Positions 39,531 to 53,759 are shown, counted from the whole stretch's first letter. The stretch is DNA of 62,047 nt, filler included, from Choristocarpus tenellus KU-1152 (GCA_964200185.2; 10 parts of 10 records of this genome joined end to end with filler, not necessarily neighbours in it), one strand, 5' to 3'. Notes: a model not told the origin generated them from the sequence alone. Program-made: numbers and translations.

Positions 39531-41849
39531 GTAATGGGTTGGTGCTGTTACAGCAGAGGTTTGAAAAGTGCTACGGCTATGGTGTGTTTTTTCCGCATTG
39601 AAACTGAACCTGTAGAACAAGGGAGCAAGATGCGTTGGCATATTTTTTTGTAGTACGTTGTATTTAGTGAGTATTGGAGGCGGGGATAGAGCAGCAAATA
39701 GTCTAGCTACATACGTCTCATAAACGCAGGGATGGAGATGACTGTCGAAACTTGAGGATGTTCATTCGACAGATGCTGGCATAGAATGGCGGAAGGCGAG
39801 TGGGGGAGCGATGCTGAAATAGTCAACGAGGAACGGCCAAACGAGGAAGACCAATGTAAGCACGTTTCAACACATTTTGTGCAGATCGTTTCATACTGTC
39901 CTTCGCCACCTGTATGTCTTGCTATGCATTCCAAATCCTATCACCATCCCCATTCTCTAGGGATATCGAGGGACTGACAAGACCAAGGATTCATGCCTCG
40001 CAGAAGATGAGGGACTGGCATATCAGAGCAACAAGAAGGGCTTATCGTTGGATAGAGCATTCTTGTGTGTACTTAAGAACACGCACATTGCAACAGGCCA
40101 CTTACCAGGTCAAGCCCTGGGTGTAGTGATCCAGATATACGTGGAGCTAATGACGGTGAGATCGACATGTTGCCTACGGCTTGCAGACAGTTTGGCGAAA
40201 ATCTGGATTTGGTAATAAACAATGAACGGAGGGTACAGAGTCATGCGTTCATCAAATGACATAGAGACAGCAGGGAGAACTGGAACCTGTCATAGACTAC
40301 ATCATTGCATATATACATGAATACCCTCACAAACGAGGCGTGAGGCGTACGAGACAAGCTGAGAGAAGATCTCCACAAGTGACAGGATAGGCCAACTTCC
40401 TAGAGAAACACAATGCGCCTCCCCAATACAAGCTTGTTGAGACGTGAAATCAATGGAGGGCATACATGCATGTGTATACGTGGTGGGCTACAATGGCTTA
40501 CTATCTCAAGCTCATTGACAAGAGGTCGTTGAGGCAGGGAGTTGAATTACTCATTCCATGTATTACCTTTCCAGTGTAGTCCGACGAGAGTAGTAGCTAT
40601 AGTTCCAGGCACTGTCTGCGAGGACAATCTACACGGGTAATACAATAATATCTTGATCACTCTCACCTCATCTTATTTGGAACAAATCAATTAATTGGTC
40701 TGGTTTGTCTCTCATGATGTTATGCAATGCACCACCAGTGGCAATTTGATGTTGAAGTGATACTAAGCAACAACTATATTTGAACACTTTTTTCAAAAAA
40801 TTATTCGGTCATCACTTCTACCCTTCATTGGAACAAGGTGTAGGTTGGATAAAAGATCGTGACCACGCCATCCTTCTTGGTATCAAGCTAAAACTAAGTT
40901 GTGAGCACTACCCTCTGCAGTGTCTGAGTTTCGTAGGGCTAGGACGTTTTTGAAAACCTTCTCGAAACTTCTTGAAGATTTCGTTCAGCCCTCATCTTCG
41001 CCTTTGGTTCAAGGAATCCATTATTGTCTGGCTTTAAATAGACTCTAGCAAAAGGAAAGAGATATTTGTAAGAACACTAAGATCAATATCCTGTTCCAGT
41101 GCCAAGCTGCCAGTTCAGCCTTCCGAATAGAGCACTTTCCTCGTTTATATCTTCATACGATGTTGGTTTTACTCACATTTTTTAGTCAACAAGTCCTTGG
41201 AAACAGGTGGAATATGTTACGAGGGTATCAAACACAGATCAAGTCAACGAGAGATTTGCTGGTGCTCAAGGAGTCGAGGATGAGGTGTGGAAGTGTAGGG
41301 ATCTGCTGAGTATTTATGCCCATGATGGGTGTCACTCGTAAGATCGACTGTTCTACCACGGATTTGCACCATCCGGCGTGGTAAAGGTTTGATTCCATGG
41401 AAATTGGGCTTTGATCGAGCCCATGAGGTCGCTTGGGGATGTTTGAGCATCAAGAACCACGTAACGGAGTAGAGGAAACTGCTCTTGTTTTCATGACTGT
41501 AAGAGGGTGCCTCCTATATAGGCAAGCCTTGGTTGGTGCAAATGGTTAGGTTCACACGCTTCACTCCCTTCTTCTATCTACATTTTTTTTCATGTTTTCT
41601 GTTTCGTCAACTTATACTTAGGTCGATGATGAATCGTGCCTACAAAATGGGGGTGCCACCGTCATGGATCACATAATTATCGGCCACGCCTAGTCCCTCA
41701 TTTTGTTTTTGGGGAGGCAATAACAAAATATCCATCACTCCCGACATCCACACTACCACTTCCAGTTTAGGGGAGACTATTAGATGAAGGTACAGGTGCC
41801 TTAGCACTGCATACCACTCCATTTCAAGTAGTTACTGTGTCTTTTGTTC

Positions 41850-42500
41850 GAAATACACTCCAGGAGGAAGGTTAAGGTAAGGATGAGAAATCACACAGAG
41901 CTCAAGACTACGTAAGGAAGAAAGAGTGAAAGAATGTGAGTTTGTAGAAGCATATGAGATTTGGGAAGATAGGATACTGTCTAGGGACCGTAGGGAATTG
42001 ATGAGAGCATATGTAGCAGATACCAACTAGCTCGGGTTGTAGGTGTTCCAAACTGGACAAGATTATCGCTAGGGGTTGGCAAGAAGCAAGGACCGTGGAT
42101 GAATTAATCAGGGATGATAGCTTGCCATCAGACATGTCCACTTAAGGCAAACACAAGGGCAGACTGAGAGTGCACAAATCAACGATAGAGTAAGCCTCTC
42201 CATATAGTAGCTAAGGCGTGTAGACTAGAGTCAGTGTCAACACACTCTACATTTAGGGAGGATAAGGGAGGCAACGAACACAATTAGCCACAGAAGGTGT
42301 GGCAGCCTACATCAGGTGGAACGGCGGAACAGTGGCAGCAAGTATCAGAAGTAGTACGAAACACACGCACAGAAGGTGTCGAGGGTCTCAAGTAAACGGG
42401 GGGATCTAAACCTATGTTGGCCTGGACAAGATATGAAGTGGTAAAAACAGTGAAATAGAGTGTATCGTACAAGGTAAGAAAGATTACTTAGAATGCAAAA
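41850..42500 (-). mobile_element. Decayed Gypsy-type integrase fragment
   Basis: TDSS...IWRGL, SDGKLSSLINS and NWxVSATYALINS resemble SDRD..W / DGQxERxN / WxxxLxxAxFAxNS. Confidence 0.35.
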
Positions 42501-42822
42501 GGATCCAAACCCGCCTTCCTCTCAATTGGTTTGGCTCAGAAAGACTAGGTGAACTACTACAAAGACCAGTTCCCATCACTTAAACTGGTTGGGGGTGGTG
42601 AAAGGACTACAAGTTGTCATAAAAATAGTACACATTACTCCGCTCTACTTGTCAGCAAGCAGCATTGAGTAGTTATGATGGTAGTATTGGTAAGGATTCC
42701 AAATCACTACTACTACCACCACGCCGACAACGAGTATGAACGAAATACTGGCAACTTCTTGGGAATGGACACAATATAGCTGGGGTTGTGGGTGAATGTT
42801 GCATACTGAGTACCATGATGAT

Positions 42823-43082
42823 GAGCGAAAGTATCTTAGAGGGTACGAGTTCTGCCCTGCTTGTCCATTTGGTGCTTGGTTTCCTAATTTATTAAAAATG
42901 ATACTTTCCAACTCCAAAACGTTTCCGAGTAGATAAAATGTGGTACGTTATGAAAAGGTGTGTCCGGAACAAGAATGTTGACACTTCCTAACAAACACGA
43001 TAGCCAAAATCACGTCCAAACCTCAACAATGGATTTTGGTCCCCAAATGGACGCGGCCCTACCCTCTAAGATAATCTGGCTC
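42823..43082 (+). mobile_element. MITE family A copy with 4-bp TSD (TGAT)
   Basis: gagcgaaagtatcttagagggta...taccctctaagataatctggctc flanked by tgat at 42819-42822 and 43083-43086. Confidence 0.9.
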
Positions 43083-44599
43083 TGATTTCGATTCAATTCT
43101 TCTAGGTGCACTTTTTTATTACTGTCATCCTCCTTCCATTTTGTTCTAGTATAAGAAGAAAAAGCTAAAGAAGTACGTAAATTATATGTTCCTTTGTCGT
43201 GTGTGTCTTTCAAATATACTCCAACTACTTGTTTCATTACCACCAATATTATAAAAAATACAAATTCCTCCTATTCTTAACCGCCTCATTGTGGAATTGC
43301 ACATTATTTCTTATGTATGAGGCATGTTTCTTTGTCTCTCTCACGTATGTATGGGCTCGCTATATACTACTACTACTACACCTCTTAATAGCACTATTAC
43401 TAATTAATACTATGGTTACTACAAGAACCCACAAGAAATAGGAAAACATCCTCGATTAGTGTTTGGTCTTGCAACCAATACTATTATTTTTTATTTCGCC
43501 TTTTTTCCCGTGATACTCTTCTTCGTTAACTGCAACAAGAAAGGAGTCCATTATTGGATGGTACAAACTGTGCGTAGTTGTTGTTGCCATCATTCCAGTA
43601 ACTTAGTGCAACAATGTAATATAATGCCTTCCTGTAAGTGACAACATTGCTCGCTTGTGGGGGAAGAGGGGAGTTCATGCACCACTCATACACACAATGT
43701 TCACGATAATACTGGCAGACCAGCAAGTTCTCATCTCCCTAGCTAGGTCCTCAAAATGCAACATAGGGGATTTCACACGCACCACAAAGTGTCACAGTAG
43801 GGCTTACATGAGGCAAATCTCGCAAAACACCTCACCAGAAACGACCTTTAGTTGTAACAGAAAATATCATTTTGTTTCGCCACAGCAAACGAAATACCCT
43901 TAAAATTCTGAGTTGCAAAATATTGGATTTACTTCTCGAAGTGTGAACCTGACTTCAAAATGTTTTCATACTTGGAACAATTTGGGGGGAGGATGGTGAA
44001 TGGAACGCTACTGTTGATGCGATCATCTGGTGGTGAGGAAGTGGGTATGGTGACGTCGAGTTGATGAATACCAAACTAATATCGAAGAAGGTTTCATTAA
44101 TTATGGCGATTGATTGTTTTGAACGGTTTTTGGTATTAGTAGTAGTAGTAATTTAATGTTACCATTTGTACAGGCCTAGTCGTGACACTCCAAAAACGAG
44201 TGGGTCAAATGTTTATTATGTTGAATGATGTGTAACGATGTACGTAGTGTCCACTATGACATCACATGAGGTAAATGTAGTAGTTTTGCTTATTTTATTT
44301 TCTTATTCTCACTTTCCTTCTCGTTTTTACGTGACATGCTTCTTCTGTGGGAATTCCTCTTCTTCTGAAGAGTAAATACGTTGGACGTACTTGTAGCATA
44401 TACTGGAGTTCTTGTTCGTTAACATCCAGAACAATCGTGAAGATCTTTACTCCTACAAGTGATATCCTCCTGTGGGACGGATCGGAGTGGGTAGGGTTGG
44501 TCACCACTGGGTTTCTCGTGAAAAATAGGCCATGTTGGACATAGCAATACCAGCAATCCGTCGACCACAAATATAGCGTGGGTCAAGATTCGGAGAGGC

Positions 44600-45250
44600 C
44601 TTTCGTATGAATTGGATACACAATTTGATAACCGAACACTATTTGTTGTGCTGTATTTTCACCTATGTTTACAACACAGCTTTGCACAGAATCAGGAAAG
44701 ATCACTTGGATTACCAGAGAGTTACGAACCTGCCTACCTCTCCATTTGTTTGGAGTCTCTCATCATCTCTGCCTTTATACTTGCATCTTTCCAACCAATC
44801 GTTTTCTCCAACAGAATGTAGTAACACTGAATCATTGACGATGTGATGCCTTTCATCCTACCACTCTTGAAACATGTTGTCTCCCCAAAACGTTCAATCA
44901 TCTTCCCTACCGGCAATATCTAATGTTTGCCCTTTCCCAAAGCACTTTGTCTTATTGCCTGACATTTTCTTTGCACCTAATAAGGCTGCACCTTCATCAT
45001 ACAATCTCTCGTCACCCCCCTTCAGCCCTTACCTGAAGCGATATATCTCTCAGTAGATCTCTTTTACTTTTGAACAAAGCAATGAACATCTCACTCCACT
45101 ACCTACAGAGAACAAACATGATGCCCCCTGCCATCCCCCCATACGTAAACCTAGAAAGACGCAAGCACTATTCTAAGCGTATGAATCGATACCATACAAA
45201 AAATGACATCTCACCCTCGCCAACACTGGCAGATAGATATGGCTGCTTTC
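44600..45250 (-). mobile_element. Decayed Copia-type integrase fragment
   Basis: VDSGVR...LCSK...LKGGDERL resembles SDNGGEF...LC...NGVAER. Confidence 0.25.
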
Positions 45251-46196
45251 CCCCTTTGATTATACCTATGTGATCCGTTCTCCTTAGATGTGTGTACATA
45301 ACACATTCACAGTACCTTATCCTACATCCTATATGTGGTATTCAATTCCACATCCCTACACTCTAAACCAATGGATGACTAAACCCACAAGGAATTGTGA
45401 CACACAATAGTGTCCCCTCAACTCATCCGTTTACTCTCTGAAAACAACCCAGAGTTGGGATAATAATAAACCCCGCAAACCCTCCTTGCTACACCACAAT
45501 GAACAAACATCTCACACTGTATTGTGGAAGCAGAAAATATCGCTATAGTTTAGAATTGATACTCTCCTCTTGCATCTAACCCACTTTCTTGACTCTATAG
45601 TTAACACTCACCAGCCCACAATTCACAGCAGGCACTTTCAAACATCGAAAGCACACAAGGTACAACACACAAAGTTTCCCCTCCCACTTCATTGATGCTG
45701 TTGACAGAAATTTGCTAGGTTTGGCAACACAACACACAGGCCAGAAATGGCCACCATTGTACAAGCCTTGCTTGTAGGTTAGCAGATGCCCTTGCAAAGG
45801 GTGTAATACCCCAGTCCTCCTCCGAGTTAAGGCTGGGAAGGTTAGACATGGGAGCAGAGGTCATGCCAACTAGGGCACAAACAAGGAGTATTCAAGGATC
45901 TGAAAAAAAAAACACCATACAGTCTTAACTCCTCTGCCCGGTCTTGTGATAAGAGGATTAATACCCGTTGACAAATATTCCAAGAGTCACTTGAATTGAT
46001 TCCTGGTTCCACTAGTGGACTGGACTTGTGTGGTATTCATTAGCTCACCCTGATCACACAAAACTACTACAATCTGTCCAACTGAGACTAAGTTCAGCAA
46101 GCACCCACAGTGTCCTTTGCAAGAAAGGGCTTTGCTGGGAGTCGCATTCCGCTGACGTCTTGTCATAGGGAGTGCTGAGGGATCAAGCCTGTCAAT

Positions 46197-49100
46197 CTAC
46201 TCCTCGGGTTGCATGGAGAGGGAGTCTACAGCAAGACCCATGGCATGCAAACCATTGTCTACATACCTGATGGACAAAACAAACACGTAACACACCAGAG
46301 GGAGATCAGGGACATGATCAGAACAATCACACGAGGAAGGGCAATACTCTGCAGTAACAAACAGGTCATGCATGTGCAGATCATAGTAAACAGGAAAAAA
46401 TGCATCAAGAATTCCCAAAAACTCTGGACAAGCGATAATGTCAAAACGAGCTCACTGATTGGACGCTTCAGAACAAGGATTTGGAAACACCATAGAAGAA
46501 AAGTAAAAAAAAAAAAACTCCCTCATCTCTGGGTTGGGATACTCTTGCACACAAAAAGACGAGAACGCACAAATGGAATGACAACCAAGACTAGCATGCC
46601 AAACAGGCAATGAATACAAGAAAAACATTCCAAGGACACATCAGCAAAGGATGCAGGGAATTCTCACAGAGTAACGCCAGTAACCACACGGGAGAGTGGG
46701 GAGGCAAGGAAAAGTGCAACGTTGCCGACGTCATCGTTGTAAAGGTCCTGTTTTAAGAAATGGGAACAACAGAGAGCCAGTGCGTCAGGTGTGTGTTTCC
46801 TTTCAAGCATACTCTGATAGAAATGCCCTCCCCCCCCCCCCCCCCCGGGGGAGAGGGGGAGAAAAGGGGGGACCACAACACGCCCACCAATTTCACANNN
46901 NNNNNNNAAAAACCGGTTGGTTGGCTGGGTTTTTTTTTCGACGATTATTCAAAAAAAACTGCACCCCCCCCCCCCCCCCCCGGGGTGAGTGTTGAACGAA
47001 CTGTGAGCACACAATCACGCCAGCATTCTACAATAATTGGCGGAGTCAAACACACGCAACAGTACCAGTCAACAGGATAATAATAATAAAAAATAAGGGA
47101 CAAAGGTCTTTTACTGTATCTATTTCTCGTAAGAAAATGAAAAAAAAATCACAGTTAAGATTCTAAGACAAAAAAAAGTGTGTATAGAAACTCTTTAGCT
47201 AATTTCGGCGAGGCCAACCCAAGTCTGATACCGGGCGCCACAAACAAGTGCAAGGTCGACAATTCAAAACATTCCCAACACCCTTCCAGGAGAGGTCACA
47301 CAACTCATTCATCCGCTGGACGCCAAACCTCCTGCCTACACACACGCATACCCATCAAACCCGAACCCCCCCCCCCCCCCCCCCCCCGCGGGGGGTCTCG
47401 TTTCCCCCCCCCAACCAACACCAAAGCCAATTCAGTTCCACAAATCCCAAACCGCAGCCGGGCTCTCCGCCTCCTCACCTGCCCCAGAGGGGAGTTGGCC
47501 TTGCTGTAGTCAATGGCGTACTCAATGAAAGTCTTCTTGCCCTTGTCTCCGATAGCACTCGCAGCACGAGACTTGAGGGGACCTGCCGAGATGGTGTTGA
47601 CACGCAGACCATACTTACGGCCAGCCTCCCATGCAAGAGTGCGGGTGTCGGACTCCAGCTGGGACTTGGCCGAAGACATACCCCCGCCGTACCCAGGGAT
47701 GACCTGTGATGATTCCAGGGGAAAAAAAGGGGGCACGGAAGTAGGAGGTTAGGGTTAGTAGAGTCAGGTTGGCACAACTGGAATGAGAGAGGTTGAATTT
47801 GATGGGGGGGGGGGGGGGGGGGGGCCGGGGGGAAAAAAATTTCTGCCCCAAAAACACCCCCTAAAAAAAAAAAAAAGAAGACAGTATTGTGGGGGAGTAC
47901 AGGGGGTGGGGTGGGGGGGGGGGGGGGGGAGGGGGGGCTCCCCGGGAAAAAAAAATCTGCCGAGCAAAAAACCTCGCTAAGAAAAAAAAATAGAGAGGCA
48001 TTTTGGGGGAGTTCATAGGTTGAGTGCGTTATCATCGATGATTCTATTTGTGCCAGGTTGGCTTTCTCGGCATTTCCTGTACCCTTTACTCCATATAGCC
48101 TTGAGCGCTGTGCAGGGAAGGTTTAAAACACACCAAAAATATATATATTGTAAGAGATGGGAGGAACACAGAACTCTTTTTTTCTATAAGCTGTTCCTCA
48201 TTCTTCGTAAGAGTCCGAGTCAGTACCCTGATCGTTTTTTCATGCATTGGCCACGGACCAAATCTATTATACAAAAACAGTGCCAAGGAATGCAGAGATG
48301 CGAGCCCTTGACTTTTGATCGACACATTGGGTAAGTGACACTGCGATTGTGATACAATCGGGCATAATCATGGTGATCAAATGGGGCGCATTGCATTCAT
48401 TGGAATGCGAGCAGCCAGCTCGAAAGACCACATCTGACACAGATTGAGTACCTTGGTAAATAAAGGCAAGGCAAAGCGGAGGGGAAGGAAGGACCAAGTT
48501 TCCACTCCTTGTGTGTAACTCTCTATGGCAAGCTGGCTCTCCACAGCACACTCAAGTCACACACACACTTACAATTGCAGAAAATCACACTACAAAATAA
48601 TCTTACAATAAAATAACGCCATCCAAGCAAGGAAACGACGAAATAAAGATGAAGGGTCTGACATGAATGTACAGGGGGAATAGGTTGGGTAGGGTGCCAT
48701 CTGATGTAACAATAGATCTCGCTTGTGCCCACCTGAGGAGATCACTCACATCCTCCTCCTGTCCTTGGCTAATCCAAAATAAGCGACACGATCAACGAGG
48801 CAAATAATGCACGCACCCCTCAATTCAACTACTACTAACACACAACTCCTTTCAAATAGCCATCCAAAACTCCAGACAACAAATGCACCATTTATCGTTA
48901 TCAATCAAGGTCGCCATTTCATACCTTCACTTCACGCAAGTCACTCTCCAAAAAACAATCTCAACTTTCACCTTTCAACACTCCACCACCACCTACACAA
49001 ATCCTCACACCCTCCCTCTACTCAGCTCTGCGCTGTTCTCACACACATGAAGGCAATCACCACCACCACAACAGGCGTACTCTTTCCCCCCCCTCCCCAA

Positions 49101-51658
49101 CCCAAATACACAAGAGGTACTTGTACTCACCTTCTCGCTGGCAATGTATGTCAGGGAAACTACAGCTGCCCCCTTTGGCATTATGGGGGCAAACTTCTGC
49201 ACCAGGGAGACCATGGAATAGGCAGATGCAGAAGAGGCAGCCAAGTACCCTCTCCTCGAGGTCTCAAGGAGTGGCTTTGTCACTTCTGGTCCGTTAGCCA
49301 GGGAGTGAACCAAGATGTCAACCTAGGTAGGTTTTGGTAAAAAAAGTGGTTGGCATGGATAGGGATGGGGGGGGGGGGGGTGGGGAGTGACTAGCTGCAG
49401 CCTCAGGTTTTTATCAACAAGTTACAACACACGTTGAAGACAATTTCCGAAAGTCACAGGATCTGTTGGCTTTCTGTTCTGTAACGTCATCGAGAGTTGA
49501 GTTGTTGAAGGTTTCACATGACGACTTCCATTTTGGGCACAAATTGTATCCAGGTTTAAAGCGAGGGGACACGACAAGGGGATAATAGTACCGTGCACGA
49601 TCTCAACACAACCAGCAAATAAACCCTTCAAGAAAGGAACAAGACATCCAAAAATACTGAACACTACACAGCATAATTCTAACGACATCTAGACCAATTT
49701 ACTTGAGATGTAACTGACGCCCAATCTCTTCACAAGAACACTACCTCACCTGGCCATAGTCTGCCTTGATTGCGTCTGCCACCTCGGAAATTGTGAATCC
49801 CGTGAGCCCTGCATATCGCTTGTTATTGGCCACCTCCTCAGGCACATCCTCAGGACCATCATAAACGGCGTCCAGGGGGTATACCTTTTATTATCAAGTA
49901 GGGCCAAGGTTGTAGCCTGTGAGAAAGTGCTGTATATATATATATATATATCGATCTGTACTACAATTGATTTGACAGCCCACAGGCGAAGTAAAAAGGA
50001 TGTAGGAGGAATCACACAAGTATGTTCCAGTATGGCCGCAGTCGGGCAGCATGCCCCTCGATTGAACGGGGTGATGTTTCATGTAAGGGCATACTTCAAC
50101 GCCTCTGTGCTGGATCCTGCAAATGGTTGGCGAAAATATAATCCGACAAGGTACATGGTTCCTCACACCGACGCGCATTTTCTTGGTTAAGGTGGTTTCT
50201 AGGCTTTGTGTAGCCCTCTAAGGTACGTTATCACTATGCAAAAAGTGTGTTTTTTTCAGAGACATCTACCATACAGCAGTACCTGGAGTTTACTATGCGT
50301 AAGCGATTAAGTTCTACCTGGGCTCCAGTCCAGGCCAAACAAAATAAAACGGACCAAGGTATTTTAATGATGTCAAACTCAGAGGCACACGTGTCATCAC
50401 AACAGTACTTACAAATGGTATACATTTTGTAGCCTCAACACATCACAAGTTGATAAATTTGAAAGTCTCATGATTGTGTATGGTACTCAGTTGAGGGGAG
50501 GTGCAGATGATCAAAATGGGAACTGGTCGGCAAGGGATCAATCCATTTCGTGGTGTGTGCATGGATTCGTAAAGTATACCAAACCATATACTCTATTAAT
50601 TATCTTGCAGGGCAAAAGATTAAGTGCGACTGGCGTGGAAAGCACCAAACTTTGGTACAAACAGCTGTACAATACAAGGTATATTCTAGCAGACGGAAAA
50701 GTATGTGTGCAGTGCACAGTAAGATCGCTGCAGGTCTTGTACATTTCCAGATAGAGGCGACTCAGGGATATTGAGATGGGTACTGAATCATCCATACCAC
50801 CCACCCACGTCAAAGCAAGCCTTCTAAGAATCCAATAATCACCTTAGCAATCTCCATCTTCGAGCCGTCGGAAAGGATCATCTCGTTATCGAACGATCCC
50901 TTCTTGAGCGACTTCTCGAAGATTCCCAACACTGGCGGCCACGTCCCCACAGTTACCGTCGCTCCCGCTTCTGCCAGAGCCTTGCAGATTGCCCACCCGT
51001 ACCCGGACGAATCCGCCACTCCCGCGACAAATGCTACCTAGTCATGTTGGACGGTCGTAATATGGCTCATAGGAAAGCAGTGACTAGCGCACCTCGGCAT
51101 TACTTGACCCTACTGTAGAATTGCCTCATGGAAAGCAACTCGTCGTGACTACATCCACATGTAAAATACTGCAATGAATGAAAGGTACAAGTCATGCTGA
51201 TGTGTCAATTTGTCACGTTCTTGTGTGTTTCTTATGCGAGGTTTATGGCCAACAGGACCTCAACATGCTCACCTTGCCCGTGAGGTCGACGTCCAGCCCC
51301 ATTGAAGGTGACGAGGAAGCGACACGTCTAGTGGCATACTGCGCCTGATGGGGTCTTGATGAGAGCAAAGAAGGAAGTCGTTCGGGTTAGGAGACGGTAG
51401 CAGGTGGGCATGTGAGATGCATGTGAGGGCAGTATAAAGAGTTTGAAACTTTGTGAAGGGCCACCTTGATTGAATTGGAAACACACATCGACTTTACAGG
51501 TATACAATAGATTATTTACTGTGTCATATGGAACATCACTTTTTCCCTGCTCACCTGGTCACAAAAGAAGACCCATGGGTAACCACAGATGGGGAGAGAA
51601 CGAAGCCCCAGGCTGCGCCAAGGGTTGCCACTAATGCACACAGAACGGCCACCTTCAT
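46197..51658 (-). CDS. fabI: Plastid-targeted enoyl-[ACP] reductase (FabI/ENR, plant/apicomplexan type), 8 exons, 360 aa
   Basis: Exons 51658-51555, 51354-51273, 51037-50843, 49884-49750, 49322-49131, 47703-47479, 46747-46668, 46266-46197 are all GT-AG and in phase. Motifs: [88 protein letters not shown]-terminus [20 protein letters not shown] is a signal peptide followed by a Phe-starting transit peptide. Confidence 0.96.
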
Positions 51659-52493
51659 ACTTACCGGTAATCAATCTTCGCTAAACTTATGCAACGTCTT
51701 AGTGACTTGAGCGACTTTGCAACACCAGTCCTCACTAACTATCGCACAGCCTGTTTGCCGCCGTCTACCTATCAAATGCAAGAAGGAAGTCAATGGACAA
51801 ACACAAACAAAACATACAAAAAGGATCTCAACATGAAGGTGAGCCGCGCGTAGACTGCGCGAAGAGGGAAGCTACTACAAAAGAAAAAAGAATCATTATG
51901 TTCGGTTGATGTTCTCCCATACATCTCATCAACTACTTGGTTTTCGCACTCTTTACATATGAAGGAATGTAGAACCACATACTACATTGCTATAGTACAG
52001 CACTAACGGGAAAACCCCCAAAAAAGGTTGACTCTTCAATAACCAAACCACAGATTTACCATACTCTAAAGTGCATGCTGTGGGGTAGACTACCTGAGGA
52101 CGTGAACTTCCAACTTTTCCAACGCATCCGCCTAGTCTATATTTTCATCTACACTGCTATATAATAGCTCAAACTTGTTGCAGTGTACTTTTTCGTGAAA
52201 TAATCATGATCAGTAATATATGGTTGCTTTCAAAACAAATGTGGAAAGCATGTTTGTCTGTTATTATACCGTACTGCTCGTATCCCCATTCTGAGTATAT
52301 CCTCTGTTTTAAACAAGATATTAGAGACCTATATGCTGATCCCATATACCTCTCGCCTCGTCTTTAGGCTGACTGTTATGCTGATCCCATACANNNNNNN
52401 NNNNNNNNNNNNNNNNNNNNNNNNNNNNNNNNNNNNNTTAATTAATTAANNNNNNNNNNNNNNNNNNNNNNNNNNNNNNNNNNNNNNNNNNNN

Positions 52494-52553
52494 GTTATGA
52501 CCGAAATGGACACCCTGGTGCAGACCCCCTCCCCCCCCCAGATACTTTGGGTC
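52494..52553 (-). mobile_element. Terminus of TIR family B at a contig start
   Basis: Reverse complement gacccaaagtatctgggggg...caccagggtgtccattt matches 26578-26627. Confidence 0.7.
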
Positions 52554-52716
52554 TGAACACTGGTTTCCAATGGGCAATGGACTCTTGATGAGCGGCCAAC
52601 AGGTTGATGATCCAGGTAGAACAGTCACAAGTGTTTGTTGGGAAAGATGCTGGCAATGGTTGGTTTGCACAATCATACGGATATGGTGCATTAAAAGCTC
52701 CAAGTTGCACATGTCT

Positions 52717-52758
52717 GACCACATTCCCATGACCACATTCCCATGGCCACATTCCCAT
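52717..52758. repeat. 14-bp tandem repeat GACCACATTCCCAT x3
   Basis: Read directly. Confidence 0.85.
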
Positions 52759-53759
52759 GTTTTCAAACAATAAACAAATAAACTCTCTCAAGTCAAACTT
52801 AGCACTCCATCCATAGAAATATGGGTTAATTGCCAAAGGTTGAAAAACTGTCTTAAAGTGCAAAACACTCAAAAACTGGGTACCTCCCGTTTACTTTGGC
52901 TCAAGCACAAAGATCATGAGACATATGTATGCTTAGAATCACACATGGTGTTATGCACCTACCCTAGGGATTCTTGAGTCATTCAGGTCCTTTATTGAGG
53001 GAGTAGACCTCAGCGCCCACTGTGGATGAGGACTGGGATACTGGTTGGACACATGAAGGATCAGCACTAATCTCATTGTGGGTGCTTTCACATATCAGAG
53101 TTGACTCTTGGGAAGCAGTCACATACCCAGTTAATTTCATAGTCCAATTTTTGTCACGCTTTTGGAAATTGTTTTCAATCAGTCCTGTTCCCCAGAAGCC
53201 CCTCTGAAGCTGCCTTCGCTTTTCTTCTCGTAGGGTCTTGGTTGGAATGGAAGTTGGCAAGAGGGTAAGTGGGTGTGGGCAGATATGTGAGCACTTTGTG
53301 GTGGTAGCAAGGGAGACCCAGGGACAAACGTTTCCTGCACCATGGCAGTGCCTGATCTGACCCCATATATCTGATGGTGTGCTACCACTAATGAATCTTG
53401 GGAGATCCCAGTTTGTGTACACCACCCTATGCCAATCTCTACCATTGTCTCACCTTCCCCAAGTCTTTCACAGAAGGGTGTTCATGGATAAGCTTGAAGA
53501 TGGATCCAACTCGCCTGTGTGCACATGCAAAACTGTCGCTAAGTCCAAAGCTCTGCTTGTACCTGCCACAGGTGAGTGTATTCTTTCAGTTTGTACACAG
53601 ATTCCCTTCCCACTCCTTATCTATTCTCAGAGTGAGAGTCAATTACTGAGTGTCAATGATGTGGTAGTATAAATGCTAATAGTGTAAATTTCGATTCAAC
53701 TGCCATCCACTTTTACAACCAGAGCTCGGAAGATAAGATAGTTCAACATGGAAATTGGA

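Noticed and set aside
46826-47990. Long G/C/A homopolymer runs and Pro/Gly-rich ORFs in fabI introns (similar runs at 20-86, 10269-10369, 37574-37620)
   Set aside because: Intronic or at contig edges, next to a 10-N gap, with run-smearing typical of low-quality consensus after poly-G; the ORFs are by-products.
4793-52493. Regularly recurring TTAATTAATTAA palindrome
   Set aside because: Always embedded in exactly 44+44 Ns; an artificial six-frame-stop contig spacer, not biology. Gene neighbourhoods across it were not interpreted.
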